From Octopus vulgaris (lineage: Eukaryota): a stretch of DNA of 64,000 nt. The notes beneath the pieces are model-generated. The model ran no database searches and had not been told where the DNA came from. It worked only from the letters and a program-made list of their open reading frames with translations. Both the position numbers and the translations under genes were made by a program. The stretch lies in assembly GCA_951406725.2 (NCBI GenBank), contig OX597822.1, forward strand, positions 47,306,001 to 47,370,000, in the 5' to 3' direction. Position 1 is the stretch's first letter. The number at the start of each line of letters is the position of its first letter. Of the stretch, positions 1 through 13,981 are shown piece after piece.

Positions 1-1072
1 CAGTCGATTTATCCGATTCATGCCAGTTCCTGTGAATGTATTTAATAGCGTAAAAGTGTTGTAAACAACACCTGAAAACCAACACTAACGCGGGAAATCA
101 AATAAAATACATGTGAAAATATGTATAAATCATTTATTAAAACACGATATAAGCTAATTAAATTGGGTAAAAGAAAAAATCTCCACGGTACGTCGTTTTT
201 CTAGTTAAGTCGCACACCGCGTCTGAAGTTGAGGTTTTATTTGATTTGTCCGTAGTCATTTGATTACGGCCATCCTGGGGCACCGCCATGAAGAATTTTT
301 TAAGTCAAACAAATCGACTCCAGGACTTATTTTTAATATTAAGCAAATATAGTAGACAAAACCATCTGTCGTGGGAACAACTCCGGCGTGGAGTAGAAAA
401 GTAACGTTAACCCGTCTGTCTCTCGTCTCTTACTTACTTCACACATATAAACAGATTTTCTCCAAACTTTTATCTCTCTCTCTCGCGTACAATCTCTCGC
501 GCCTATCACCTATAACAGACACGCACCGTTTGCTGTATGTGCATGTAGGTTTAATCTTGCTATTTGGTAAAAAAATTACAGCTATAATTGTCAAACCGCT
601 GAATTACGGAACATCACAGTGTAAACAAACTTACGAACACAGACTCGCGCACATGTGTATACACACTCACATACGCAGAGAAAGGATTTTTTATATTTTG
701 TTTCAGTCATAGGCCTGTGGCCATGCTGGAGCACTACTTTGAAAGGTTGAACAGCTTGATCCCACTTTTTAAAAAACTTCTATTAATCGTTCCGGGGCTG
801 TAGTAGAAGACACTTGCTCAAGGTACCGTGGTGGGTCGGAACCCGAAGGCACACGGGGGTTACAAAAACCAGCTTCTTAACCACACAGCAATGCCTGCGT
901 TTCTCTGGTCGTTTACAAATCGGCGTAACTTCGGTATAAGTACCGGATACATTTCAAGAAAGTGGTTTTTTTCTTTATATATATGGGGGGTTAGGGTTTG
1001 TGTTAGGGGTGGGAGAAAAGGGTTTCTGTTATCTTCAGAAATGTAAACAAAGTCACGTGTGTACTCTCCCGT

Positions 1073-1352
1073 TATTATGTGTGGGGTGCAGTTGAGCGAG
1101 AGACCAACAAAACTCCTTGTAACACCAAAGATGAAATGAAGGCAAGGATTATCGCATCATTCACCAACTTAATCAAGAAGACCGTCCAGAAGAGATGCAG
1201 GAGATTCCGAAGTCTTCTGGAGGCTGTGGTTGAAGCCAATGACGATTTTATTGAATAAATTTAATATATTCTTTTGTAATTTTGGTAAATATCTGTAAAA
1301 TTGTTATTTTCATTTTTGCGTAATTTAGACGACAGTTTATTCACTTCATCTT
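1073..1352 (+). mobile_element. 3' fragment of a Tc1/mariner transposase fossil (probably DD37D/maT-like)
   Basis: Translates as YVWGAVERETNKTPCNTKDEMKARIIASF...CRRFRSLLEAVVEANDDFIE*, a typical Tc1/mariner C-terminus, followed by an AT-rich end and a degenerate TIR. Confidence 0.75.
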
Positions 1353-2439
1353 GTGTGTATGTGAACATATTAAAAAAAAACCCAAACAGCGGTGGTGCCC
1401 CAGCATGGCTGCGACCTTCGGGCTAAAACATTTTTAAGGATTTAATGATTTATACCAAAAGTACTGGGATCTGTTTGTTTTGACTAAAACCTTCAAGTCT
1501 GCCTTCCAGCATGGCTGCAATCCAATGATTGCAATGACTAAACGATAAAAGCTATAGATAAGGCAAGTACGTAATTCATTTTATTGAAATAAGTTAAGTG
1601 TTTTATTTAGCAAAATAAAGGAACAAGGGTAACCAAATTTCTGACCATCTACTTGCAGGCTGGGTCCTCCGAATTTGCCTCTAAAGAGCATCTTCCTCAT
1701 TTTTCCATTAGTGCTCCCCTGGCTCTTGATAGTGTATTGATGTGCCCTCATTTGTGGGCTGCTGGTATTCTCTCCCTACCCTGCATCTTTCTGATAGTCT
1801 TTGATTTTTCTTTTGGCTTCATCACCCAATCAAATAGTGTTACTTTCGTGCACGGTCTACTGTAGTATCTGTAGTCTATGCTGTGAAATGACCTAATCTG
1901 GGTTATTATTGGTGTTAGGGTTAGGTTAGATTGCACGTAAAAGTGTAAATGATCTATTGGAATGCATGCTTAATACCAGGGAATGTGGATGCGTTTGCAT
2001 GTGAAAACCACCAGTGTTTCGCTGGTCCTTAGGTCAGGGATGTTTTGAGGAGGGGCAGTTCTTTCTCTTCTTACTGTTCCCTATACCCTTCCTGATGTCA
2101 TCCACCAAACATCCCCAAACCCAGACATGTTTAGGCAAAGTAGAAACAAGTCACACCATATGTGAATGAACCGTTTGTTTACAAAAACGGTACAACATAT
2201 GAAAGCATGTCAAGAAGTCGGGACATGCTTTCGCGGTGAACTGCAAGCAAAAGACACCATCTGCAAGGCTATTGTTTACAACCGGCGAACACATGTAGAC
2301 GAGGAGGGGGAAATACAAACGTACACAAACACACACGCACTTACGCGCGCGCGTTTCAGTTTCCATTTATGAAACCCATTCACAATCTTTGGTTGATCAG
2401 GAGCCTTAGAAGACACAGCTCAATATGGCACAAAGTGGG

Positions 2440-2861
2440 GGATTTTTTCGGTTTGAACGGCAGTTTTTTTAAATAATTTCCACGTAACTAAACATTTTAA
2501 AACTTCGTATACTGGTAGAATGTGTTTATAAAACATCTTTTTCTCTTGGCTTTATTGAGAAAATTCTATAGTTTGTAAGATATTTGTTGTTTTTTCCCCT
2601 TCAATTTCTGCAATTTCAACCAATCAATGACGTCTATTGGGGTAAAAAAAAAACATTCTGTGCCGTATGAATATGTCCCTCGTTTAAGAAACTGATCGGG
2701 TTTATTTATATTTCTGAAGAAAAAAAGATAACCTTCCCCCACCCCTAACTCTAACCCTAAAACAGATTGAAATGCAATAGATCGATACTAGGGTCATAAT
2801 TATGAGTGACAATTTCATATGGCACTGCTAGAAAAAACTGCCGTTCAAACCGAAAAGATCC
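2440..2861. mobile_element. MITE with ~30-bp TIRs and a 9-bp TSD (MULE/Merlin-like), inserted into a SINE
   Basis: Left end GGATTTTTTCGGTTTGAACGGCAGTTTTT and right end AAAAACTGCCGTTCAAACCGAAAAGATCC are inverted. CAAAGTGGG is duplicated at 2431-2439 and 2862-2870, and the interrupted SINE resumes after it. Confidence 0.85.
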
Positions 2862-2930
2862 CAAAGTGGGGCTGAACCTGAAACTACGTAATTGGAAAGC
2901 GAACTTCTTAAGCACATGGCTGTGCCTGCT

Positions 2931-2968
<38 letters not shown>

Positions 2969-5900
2969 TGATTCATACTAGTGTTTTCAGCACTATTCTT
3001 TGTTTTGTCTTTCAAATTGTCGCTGAATAATAATAACATTTTATTGTCACCAAATTAATCATTGTCATTAATATTAGACGTGTTAATTAAATGCAATGTC
3101 ACCATCTGAAAGCTGATGCGAACCTATTCAGCATGTCTAATAATAACACCGATTGGTGACAATAACATTCTTAAAAAAACAATAAGCGTGTTTTGTATAC
3201 ACATGACACTGTTTAGAAAACAATTTGACCACCAGCGTGGTGGTGATTGCTGTATATCGGTTGATGTCGTATGTCCTGCACCAACATGATAGCAGATTCA
3301 TGTCACTTGTCTCTTCGAGTTCATCTTAATGACAACGGCACCATCATAAATATTCCTTGAGCCAAAAGGGACTCTCTACGTCTGTGGTTTCAACCATTTT
3401 TTTTTTTTTTTCTCTACGGACCCCATTTAGTACTATTTAATCTGGCGGACATCAATAGCCATTCGTTGTTTAAAAACTAATTTTATAGATACTCATCTTT
3501 CAAAATTCCTATTTTGTTTATCACATAAATTCCCTTGTGTAGGCTGAACTATTTAAAACGTTAGAGAAAGAAACGCGTTTCTTGCAAAATAAATACATTT
3601 AAAGCAAAAGTTTTTCATGGAGCCATAAAATACTATTGTGGACCCAATTTACTATTTTGCTTGCTTGTGTGGAGCCCTCACACTCTTTTTAGGACCACTG
3701 CTCTATATGGTCATTTGACTTGCTAGAAATAGGAACTACATCCCCGTCGGTCTACATCCTCATCGGTCCTCCATAAAGTTGTAGTCTGCCTTGCCTTGAG
3801 AGGACACCTCATCTCCGCCATTTATCTTTTCACCCTCTCTTCTAAATGAGAGTAGCCTTGCAGAACCTCTACAAGAACCTGTTCTACCCATCGCTTCTCT
3901 TATACTTCAATCCCTCGTTTAAAGCCGATACCTCTCCCTCGGGGTTCGTAGTCTTGTGAGTTGCATAGCGACCTCAATAGTGCTGGTGACACAAGAAAAG
4001 CATCCACTAAGGTCATCCGGCCACAGAAAATCCTGTCAAAACAGACGTTTGGAGCACGATGAAATCCTTGAACCTATGATAAAAGATCTTCCGGCCGTGA
4101 CCATCCATTTTTTAAAAACTGTAAAATCTTTACTTTTTAAAGACAACAATCAGCAGCTTGACTGTTATTTCTAGCAGACCAAGTGGCCACGTGGCTGGTC
4201 TTGTTTATTGTTGTTTATGTTTACAGGAGTTCTGACGTGACCATTCCCGCATTTTATTCAAGCGTAATACAGTGTAGGCATGAAGAGTTATTTCCGAAAA
4301 GGGGACGCATGAGACATGGTGGGCCGCACGACTAAAAATAAAATTCAAGGTAATTTTTAGTTGGTGTGCCGACCCACGGGCCGTAGTTTGCTCATGATAG
4401 ACTTAGTGTAATACAAGAAAGATTTCGCTGCTATTATCTTATACTTAGCTATTCTATCAACGATGTTTAGATATTAATTATCTTGTATTATTTAAACGGA
4501 GGGGTTGTTTATGAAAAGAAAATTTGATGATAAAAACATTAAACTCATTGAGCAGAAGTTTTAATTTAACGTTTAAATACTTTAAACAAGGATGAATTTC
4601 CTGCTTCTCTATCGTAGCTTAACCGGTAGCGTTGCGATCGAGACGTCTCCGCTTCAGTTTCTTTTTGGCAAGCGGTGTTCAATTCCAGCTTCAGACACAA
4701 AAAAGATAAGTAAAGAGGAAAAGAAATAGACCTATGTAGTTTTAAATGATATTGGCAAAAATCGACATTTCTAAATTACCACCCTACACCCATTTCCTTC
4801 ATTCTTAACTTTTTTCACAATTTTTTTTTTTCAAAATATGCGAAAAAATACGGAGATTATGATTCTGAAAAAATTTCAAAAAATCTTTGTAAAATTTTTT
4901 TAAAGAATTCCTCCCCCCCTAAATATGCGGAAAAATACGGACATCATGATTCTGACAAAAATTTCAAAACATTTCTGTACTTACGGTTACGGTTTTATGG
5001 TTAGGGTTAGTGTGTGTGTGTGTGTGTGGGGGTCACAATGCCGATTTTTGGCAATTTTCCGGGACCTCCGTATCCGAAAACGGGGACTTTTGGCAAAAAA
5101 AAGTTACAAAAATAAACAAATTTGGGATAAAATGGGGTGGGGGACGGGCGGAAGACTTTCCTAAAATAGTACCAGCCAGAACAAAAGGAAGTACTGGATT
5201 CAATTTTTTTTTTTTCCCACTAAACCTATCATGGCGATGCCCTACCTAGCTTGGCCGCAGCCCAATGACTGAAACAAATAAAAGGTATGAAGTTTAAAAA
5301 AAAAAATCTATGTCTAAAGATCTATGTTTAGCTCTATGAGATTCGAACTCGAGACACATAGAACCGGAAGTCTACCAGGGCATTTTTTTTTCTCCGATTT
5401 TCTAACGATGTTGTCAAACCACTCGCTTTCGCTTGATAGTATTTCTAAGTAATTATAATGTTGCGCTAGCTTCACTCCATCGATATTGTTGTCATAGTGA
5501 TCTAAGCAGTGCGCAGCAATGCGGCCTCTCGCCTCTTACACGCGCATATAGGCGCAAGATAATTCACAGCCGCTAACAGTCTCCACCAACGTTATCGACA
5601 ACACATGCTACCCTACAGGGGTACCTATTCAACCACCTCCAAGGCCTTCCTGTATGTACCTCTAGTCTAGCCGCAACATAATCTGCTTCAGCTAAAACTG
5701 GATTTTGTGGAGATTATGTAAATGGCGTTGCAAAGACTTGTCCCTTCCCCCTGCACCTTCGAGCTGAATATCGGAAATTCATTATAATAAACAATTATAT
5801 ATTTAACAATGATAATAATCTTTTCTACTAAAGGCACAAGGTTTGAAATTTTTAGCGAAGGGGCTTGGGCTTGTTTATCAAAATTTACCGTTTTATCGAC

Positions 5901-6862
5901 CCTGAAAGGATAAAAGTAAAATCGACCTCGGTTTTGCCTTTCATCTTCTCGATGTTGGTGAAATCGACTTTCCCCTTACCCTCAAAATTGCTGGCTTTCT
6001 GCCAAAATTAGAAATTACAATCCTTATTTAATACACACACTTGTAATAATATATATTGTATGTAATATATTTAATGCATATAGAGTATAAAATATACACA
6101 GGTATTTATATACACATACACACACGTTGTGGTGTGTCAAATGTAAACAACGTGACGGGCTGTGTGCTTCAGATTCTATACATATATATGCTGTGAGTGT
6201 ATATAGACTCACGCACTTTATGTCCCAGACTTTAATGTAGCTGTAGATTATATGCGTGTGTGTGTATGATCTCCTCCCATGCTGTCTTTTCCCACACATG
6301 GTCTATGCAACATTGACGGAGGTGGAAGTTGTGCTGTGTTTAAGTATCTGTCTGTTTTAGGTTCAAAGATCGTTTCCCCGCTAAAGTTTACAACACGAAT
6401 GCATGGTGACTGTATATTTGTTGCCTTTTTGTTTTTTTTAATGCTGTCTCTGACCATCTTCAAGTGGTTACAATTACATAGATCTCCTGATATTACATTC
6501 TGAATGACTGCTTTGCTAGCAGTGTGTTACACACACACACACACACACACACACAACTGTCTGCTACTAATTTTACTATTCGTTATCTCCACCACGTGTT
6601 AACCGCTGGCATTGCTCCCCTCCACCATCTTCTCATCACTGCAGTGTTTGTCTGTGTGCGCGTGCGTGTATCTTCTAAGCTGTTTCAGTTGTTGGGCTGC
6701 GGCCATGCTGGGGCGCCGCTTCAAGCAGTTTTAGTCGAACAAGTCGACCCCAGTACTTTACAAGTCCGATACACGTTCTTATGGTTTCTTTAGCCGAACC
6801 GCTACGCTACGAGAAGGTGGCGTAAACAAACCGATACCGGTTATCAAGCAGCGGTGGTAGGA

Positions 6863-6903
<41 letters not shown>

Positions 6904-9101
6904 CGGCGGGCTTATACACATTTTCCGCCGACCAAATTCACTCACCAGGCGTTGGTCGGTCCGGTGCTATAATAAAAGACACTTTCCTATTATGCCGCGC
7001 GGTGGGCGCGAACCCGAGCTTCTTAACCACGCACCCATTCCCGCGCCTATTTATATACACTTGCATAACACACTTATAATGCCAAGATATTATAGTGAAT
7101 CTGTTCGCGTTTTTCGCTTATATGCAAGGGGTGTGGGTGTAAAGCTGAAATACATTCAATACCCTGTAGGGTGTGGTTAAGGTAACAGGGAAAGGATTTA
7201 GAATCACTTGTGTACTGCATCGTTTGAAGATGTTGCTATTATTTCTAGCGGGTCGAGCAAGCACCCAGAGCGTTTTTCGTTAGTATGATATAAACAAATA
7301 GTTACTTATATCCTGGTCAGTCCTGTGACGGGGCAGGCCTAGCAGTGACCATCCCCGTCTCTCCTATACACAGGTCTCCCAGCACAACGTGTCCTTCTCT
7401 CCTAAGATCGTCTGGGTGCGAGTTGGAGAAAGTTTTCGTTGCTATCTCTGCCTCTGCTGAATTTATTGAGGGAAAAAAAATCTGCGTGGGTGTAAGTGTT
7501 AAAATATGGGACATCGCATTCATGATCTTCATAAAACAAGTGTCTACGGCATTAGACGAAAGTCAACGGAAAACCTCAATAAACGACTGTGTTTGTTTCA
7601 TTGTTTTATCGACTATTGAATAAAACGTGTTGTTTTTTGTTCACGTGTGTTGTTTCGCCTTTTATTATGCACACCACATTGTCGTTGTGTACAAATTAGG
7701 TACTTAAAGCGACTTGGATTTTTTTGTGTGTGTGATTATCATAACTATTCATTTTCAGTAATTAAATGAAATGTAACTTTTCTCTCCCGCCATTCACCAA
7801 TATATAAACTATTTAGTTGATCTCTCAAGATATATAATTATTGGTACGTTTTTCTATTTATAATCGGCAGGAGTTAACAGTGACTCAAGGGCCAAGAGTT
7901 TCGTTTGTTGGAAACTCGGTCTGTAACTTCTGATTTTATTAATAGTTTTTTGTTTTTTTTTAATCCGTATATATAATTATGTTTTGAATTCTATTTTCCT
8001 ATTTGCTCCACCAAATCTTATTATTATAGGTAGCTATTTTATCAGCGAATTGCTTTAAGTTCAATTTGCAGCCACGTGGTTCTCGTAGAGACCGTACTGC
8101 ATAGCAACTTAAGTGTCGGTAGTGAAATGTGGTAACATAACATTGTGTGTGTCTGTGTGAGATTGAACCTATGTAGATGCGTGTGTGAACGTATGGATGT
8201 ATGTATGTATGGGTGTGTGTATATATATATTTATATATATGTCTAGTATAAGTTTCCGTCTTCGCTACATTACATTGTTTTTTTGCTTTTCTAACTTGCA
8301 AGGCAGGTGAAAGAAATACTTGAGATTGATAGATTATACCCTTCACCCAAACTGTGTGACCTTGTGCCTATCTTTTTAAGAAATGATGTACTCCAGCAAG
8401 GCCGCAACTATTAATAAAACAGGCTGTGTAGTAGTAGTAGTAGTAGTAAAGAGAGGGAGAGAGAGAGGGTTTATAAAGTGGTCTACTGAAAATAAGTTAT
8501 ATTCTACTCTTCTTTTAGTCGTGAGATTGCGCTCATACTGGAGCACTGCTTTGAAAGCTTTAGCCCATCAAATCAACCCCATTACTTATTTTATCGGTCA
8601 CTTTTTGCTAAAAGGCAAAGTTATGGAGATTAAACACATACATACACGCTCGTGCGCAGCAAGCTTTTAAGTTTTTGACCTTTCCCTTTCATCCTTTCAG
8701 GGTTGATGAAATAAAGTACCAGTCACGTACTAGGGTCGATGGTATCGACTAACCACTTCCTCCACTGGCCTTGTGCCTAAGTCAGAAATGTTTGGAGAAT
8801 AGAACTCCAGACAAACTGCCTTGTGATATTTCTTCCATCATTTTATGTTCTGAGTTCAAATCCTGCTGAGATCATCTTTGCCTTTCATCCTCTTAGGGTT
8901 CTTTCTTGGATTTTTTTTAGACTGCAACCACGGTTGGGCACCGCTTTGAAGAATTTTTTGGTTGACTGAGCTAACCCCAGTACATTTTTTTAAAATTCTG
9001 GTACCTAGTCTATCTGTCTCTTTTCGCCAGGGACGTAAACGGACAAACACTGGTTGTCAAGCGATGGGTGGGAGACAAACACAGACACAATAGACACCCA
9101 T

Positions 9102-9178
<77 letters not shown>

Positions 9179-9545
9179 TATACCTGTATACATATACAAC
9201 AGGTTTCTTTCAGTTTCTGTCTACCAGTTCCACTGGTTGGCCCAACACCATCGTAGAAGACACTTGGTCAAGGTGCCCCAAAATTTCAGTCAAGTACTGG
9301 GGTTAATGATATTAATTTAATCACCTTCCCCTCTAAAACTCCTGGCCTTGTGCTTACAGTTGAAATGATGGCACAGTTGCTACGGATATGCTTAGTGGCA
9401 TTTCTTGCTTTAATGTTCAAATTCCACCGAGGTTGACCTTGCCTTTCAGCCTTTTGGGGTTGATAAAATAAGTACCAGTTAAGCCCTGGGATTGATGTAA
9501 TTGCTGGCCTTGTGCCAAAATTTGAAACCACTATTATTATTATTA

Positions 9546-9583
<38 letters not shown>

Positions 9584-10595
9584 AGTGGTGATATTAGTAA
9601 ATGACTCAGTCTCATTGCCCCTCCCTTATATATTTGTTGCATAATGTTCATATGTGCATACACATGTAGACAAACACATACACACACACACACCCATGTG
9701 TATGCATGTAACTATGTACACCCAAGTATATGTACCACATATATGTGTATATATGTCGACATTAAGTTGCTGCACACTGCACACTTGTGCATCTAGACGA
9801 GATGATGGTTTATTAATTAGTCCAACAAAAATCAATTGTTCACTTCCAACTAGTCCAGTTCAGTCCAGACAGGTCCTTCATTGGATCTGATCAGTTCTAT
9901 ATATAGCCTCTGGTTTTTCACTAGCTACTGTTGCTATGAAGAAGATCCAATGGATTACAAACTCTGCGTGCGTGTGAGAGAGAGAGAGAGAGGTGTAGGT
10001 AGATGGAGAGATGTGGTTTTTCTTGGTTCTCTCGAAAGACAAACTAAGAATGACTTCTAATTAAAACCAAGCTTGTACTCATGTACACAAAGATGGGTGC
10101 AATCTCCCCTCTCCCGCCCACATCTCCTCCTCACCCTCTCCTCCATCTCTCCCTCTCTCTCTTATGCGCTTGGCTGAGTAGATAAGAAGTCCTTTTTACA
10201 ACCATTTGGTTTCAGGTTCCATCCCACTGCATGCTGTCTTGGACAAGTGTCTTCCGTTAAAGCCTTGTGAATGGATTTAGTAGATGGAAAACTCTTAAAG
10301 AAGCCTGTTAGGTGTGTGTGTGTGCACGCACGCGTGTGCCTGTGTGTGTGCCTATGTGTCTGTGCACATGTGTATGTATATCTTTTATATCTCTTTAATT
10401 GTTTCAGTCATTAGATTGTGGCCATACTGGGACACCTCATGTATGTAATTCTGCATGTGTATGTGTGTGTGTGTGTGTCTTTATATTCGTGTATGTGTAT
10501 ACCTGCGTATATGTGTATATATGTGTGTATCATGTTCGAAATCAGTGTTAATTAACTCTGATCTATTTTTGTTTGTTTCCTCTCCCAACAAACAG

Positions 10596-10776
10596 GCAGC
10601 AATCTTGCAGCAGACTTCCGAATATATTTCCAGTCTTGAGAGGGATAAAACTACCGTGATGGCTGAGAATGACCGCCTGAGGCAACAACTGATGAACATC
10701 AATAATACTCTAAACTCCATCAATGCTGCCGTGGCCGAAGAGTCACCACCTCCGAAGAGGAAGAAGCGAGATACAG
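10596..10776 (+). CDS. TFAP4: Transcription factor AP-4 (cropped-like) internal exon: helix 2 of the bHLH, zipper 1 and a basic NLS-like motif
   Basis: Acceptor aacag|GCA and donor ACAG|gtatgg; 181 nt, phase 0 to 1. Encodes AAILQQTSEYISSLERDKTTVMAENDRLRQQL...SPPPKRKKRDT, matching AP-4 KLSKAAILQQTAEYIxxLEQEK. Confidence 0.92.
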
Positions 10777-11547
10777 GTATGGACGATACACTTATATTTA
10801 ACTGTTAACTGCTTCTGATGAATATCTAATGCTTGTTGCATGATTTAGAGATTTGGAAGAATCGGTGGAGCATCGATGTAGAATGCTTTGCACTTAGTTG
10901 TGTCTGAAACAGTTGACTTTAAAATCCTGTTCAGGTCAAATTTAAACTGGTCTTTCTTTTATCTTTGACTTGTATCAGCCATTTAGCTGTGGCCATGCTG
11001 GGGCAGCACCTTGAAGGGTTTTAGCTGAATGAATTGAACCCCAGGACTTGTTTTAAGTCTGGTACTTAGTATGTTGGTCTCTTTTACTGAACTGCTAAGT
11101 TACAAGAATGTAAACAAACCAACACCAGTTGTCAAATGATGGTGATGGTATGGTAAAACACACACACACACACACACACGTGCGTATGCACAGACTGTGA
11201 GGATGGAACATAAAGATAGCTGAAATGCTGCTTGGCATTTTGTCTCGCATACTAATGATTCCGTCAGCTTGCCACCTTACTAATGATATTAAGACATTAT
11301 TATCATTATTATTATATCTGATTGGTTTCTAAAACTGTGTGTAAGGACAGGATGAGAAAACTCTGAGGTGCAAGCATACAAAGGGCAGGCAACTGTGTCG
11401 AGATACAGTTAGATTTATTTTACTGAATATATAAAATTTATGGGTATTGATCAAGGAATTAGAGAAATAAGACTTCATGGTGGGAATAAGCCTCACCTTT
11501 ATGCTACGTCACATCTTCACACTTGTCTACTGTCTCTCTGTTTACAG

Positions 11548-11738
11548 AATCATCTGATGAAGGTATTGGACTGTGCGAAGAAAGCACTCAGCTTGATGAG
11601 ATGCGCAAGAAACTGCTTGACATCCAACTGCACTTTGATCAAGAGAAACGAATGAGGCTCAAGTTTGAGGACCGGTCAAGGGCTCTAGAGGCCAAACTGC
11701 AGAAGCTCTCCAGCCACGTACTGGACAAAGAAGCTGTG
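11548..11738 (+). CDS. TFAP4: TFAP4 internal exon: ESSDEGIG motif and second leucine zipper
   Basis: Acceptor tttacag|AA and donor GTG|gtaatt; 191 nt, phase 1 to 0, compatible with both neighbours. Encodes (E)SSDEGIGLCEESTQLDEMRKKLLDIQLHFDQEKRMRLKFEDRSRALEAKL, AP-4-like (DEGIG; LDKERxxRMxLEEQxRSLE). Confidence 0.9.
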
Positions 11739-12392
11739 GTAATTCATCCTTTTTGTTATTAAACTGGCTTTATTCCACTGTCCCTCTTTCTACCTCTTTC
11801 CTCCTCCTCTCTGTGCCCCATCACTACGTCTCTGACTTCTCTCTCTCTCTTCCCCATTCTCTCTGTACTGTATTCTTACATCATTGTCTTTTTCTCTCTG
11901 CCTCTGTCTCTCTCTTTCTCTCGCTCTCTTTGTATGGCATTCCTTCATCTCAGCCTCTCTTCCTATCCCCATTGTATTCCTACATCTCACTTTCTCTTGC
12001 TTTTGTGTGTCAGTGTACATATGTGTTGAAGTGAGACTTATAAATCTTACTAACTCCAATCCTGTCACCATCACAGCACTATTGCCATCTGTTTACAAGC
12101 GAGGTAATGTTTTCCCATGCTCAGGCATGCTTTTCATGGAAAACAAGAAATGAAATGACCTTGCTTGTTTACAACCATCACCCAACATCTAGACATTTAT
12201 ACATGCATTGACATGCATGTACAACATCTACCAAATGCACTCACAAGGCTTTGTTTGGTCAGCCCAGGGTTATAGAAGAAGACAATCAAGGTGTCACAGG
12301 ATGGAATTGACCCTTAATAGGAGTAAGATTCTCAACCGTGTAGCTACAATTGTGCCTATAAAAAATTAGCTCAACTAAAACACAAAGCTTGA

Positions 12393-12954
12393 GGGTGGAA
12401 GCTACCTTATGTGTAAACAGGGCTAGTGTACCTGGGTGGAAGCTACCTTATGTGTAAACAGGGCTAGTGTACCTGGGTGGAAGCTACCTTATGTGTAAAC
12501 AGGGCTAGTGTACCTGGGTGGAAGCTATCTTATGTGTAAACAGGGCTAGTGTACCTGGGTGGAAGCTACCTTATGTGTAAACAGGGCTAGTGTACCTGGG
12601 TGGAAGCTACCTTATGTGTAAACAGGGCTAGTGTACCTGGGTGGAAGCTATCTTATGTGTAAACAGGGCTAGTGTACCTGGGTGGAAGCTACCTTATGTG
12701 TAAACAGGGCTAGTGTACCTGGGTGGAAGCTACCTTATGTGTAAACAGGGCTAGTGTACCTGGGTGGAAGCTACCTTATGTGTAAATAGGGCTAGTGTAC
12801 CTGGGTGGAAGCTATCTTATGTGTAAACAGGGCTAGTGTACCTGGGTGGAAGCTATCTTATGTGTAAACAGGGCTAGTGTACCTGGGTGGAAGCTATCTT
12901 ATGTGTAAACAGGGCTAGTGTACCTGGGTGGAAGCTATCTTATGTGTAAACAGG
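12393..12954. repeat. 41-bp minisatellite, about 13.7 copies, in a TFAP4 intron
   Basis: Unit GGGTGGAAGCTAYCTTATGTGTAAACAGGGCTAGTGTACCT starts at 12393, 12434, ... 12926, with no spacers. Confidence 0.97.
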
Positions 12955-13981
12955 TGAGCATCAGGTTGTGCTCCTGTTTTTCTCATACTGGCGTGGATAA
13001 TGCAAATGTAATTGAAGTAAATTTTCTTAGAATAGTAGTCTCTTATTGTCTTCAACAATGCTGAAATATGTATTTGTTCCCTGGGTAAAATAAACATCGA
13101 CATTGTCTTTCACTTACAATGGTTTAGTGACAACATATATACATATATTTACATTTACATTATAGTATAGTATATAATAGGTGAGTAGACTGAAACAATG
13201 AGAAATTCCTTGCTCAAAGACCACTACATACCACCAACTCCAGGAATTGAATGCACCATTTAATGATCATGACCTGATCACCGTAGCCACTGGTAACACC
13301 TTTACATCATTGTAACATCTTTACATGCTATATGACTTGTGTATGACATAAAATATCTGTCTGTTTATCTGTCTATCTATCAATCTACCTGTCTGTTTGT
13401 GTGTGTGTGCGTGCGCTCACACACACACACACACATACATTTATTAGAATATCAGGTATAAATTAAATTGTATTTCCAGACATGGTTCATCAACATTATT
13501 CAATGTGAGCTTTATTTTTTTCATGTTTTTAAGAAGGTGGGTTTGTGGTTTGAGAGAGATTTATCCATTATTTCATTCAAAACCCAACCACAAGAAGTTT
13601 TCTTTATTGGATTCTGTTATTGTTTGTCTGTAATAATTTCTGAATTTGCTGGTGTATAAGATATGCTGTTTTCCTATTTTTAAATGTATTGAAATATTGC
13701 CCTGCATGTAATGCGGCCATAATAAAAATGGGAGACAGTGTTGTTGGCCAGGGAGCTGGATAAGCATAAATCCACTAAGTGCAAGAATTGACACTAATAA
13801 TAAAACCAAAGAAAATATCACCGATGGCATAAACTTTAAAAAACATCACTCACGGTAAAGTTATAGTCACATCACTCCATTATACTTCCTTTCCTTGCGT
13901 ACATAACCCACACTTGACATGTGTCTTACATTATTTAACGACTCTGTTACCTTTAAGAGACCTGTTTTTAATTATCTAAAG

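Noticed and set aside
1914-1930. TTAGGG-like motifs (also about 2742-2760 and 5000-5010)
   Set aside because: Only 2-3 imperfect units, two of the three sites inside MITE-like repeats; not interstitial telomere arrays.
1-10595. Upstream TFAP4 exon with the basic region (REIANSNERRRM-like)
   Set aside because: Not found by eye or in the ORF track; probably upstream of the window.
12393-12954. CRISPR-like regular repeat
   Set aside because: The units are contiguous with no unique spacers, there are no cas genes, and the context is a eukaryotic intron. It is a minisatellite.
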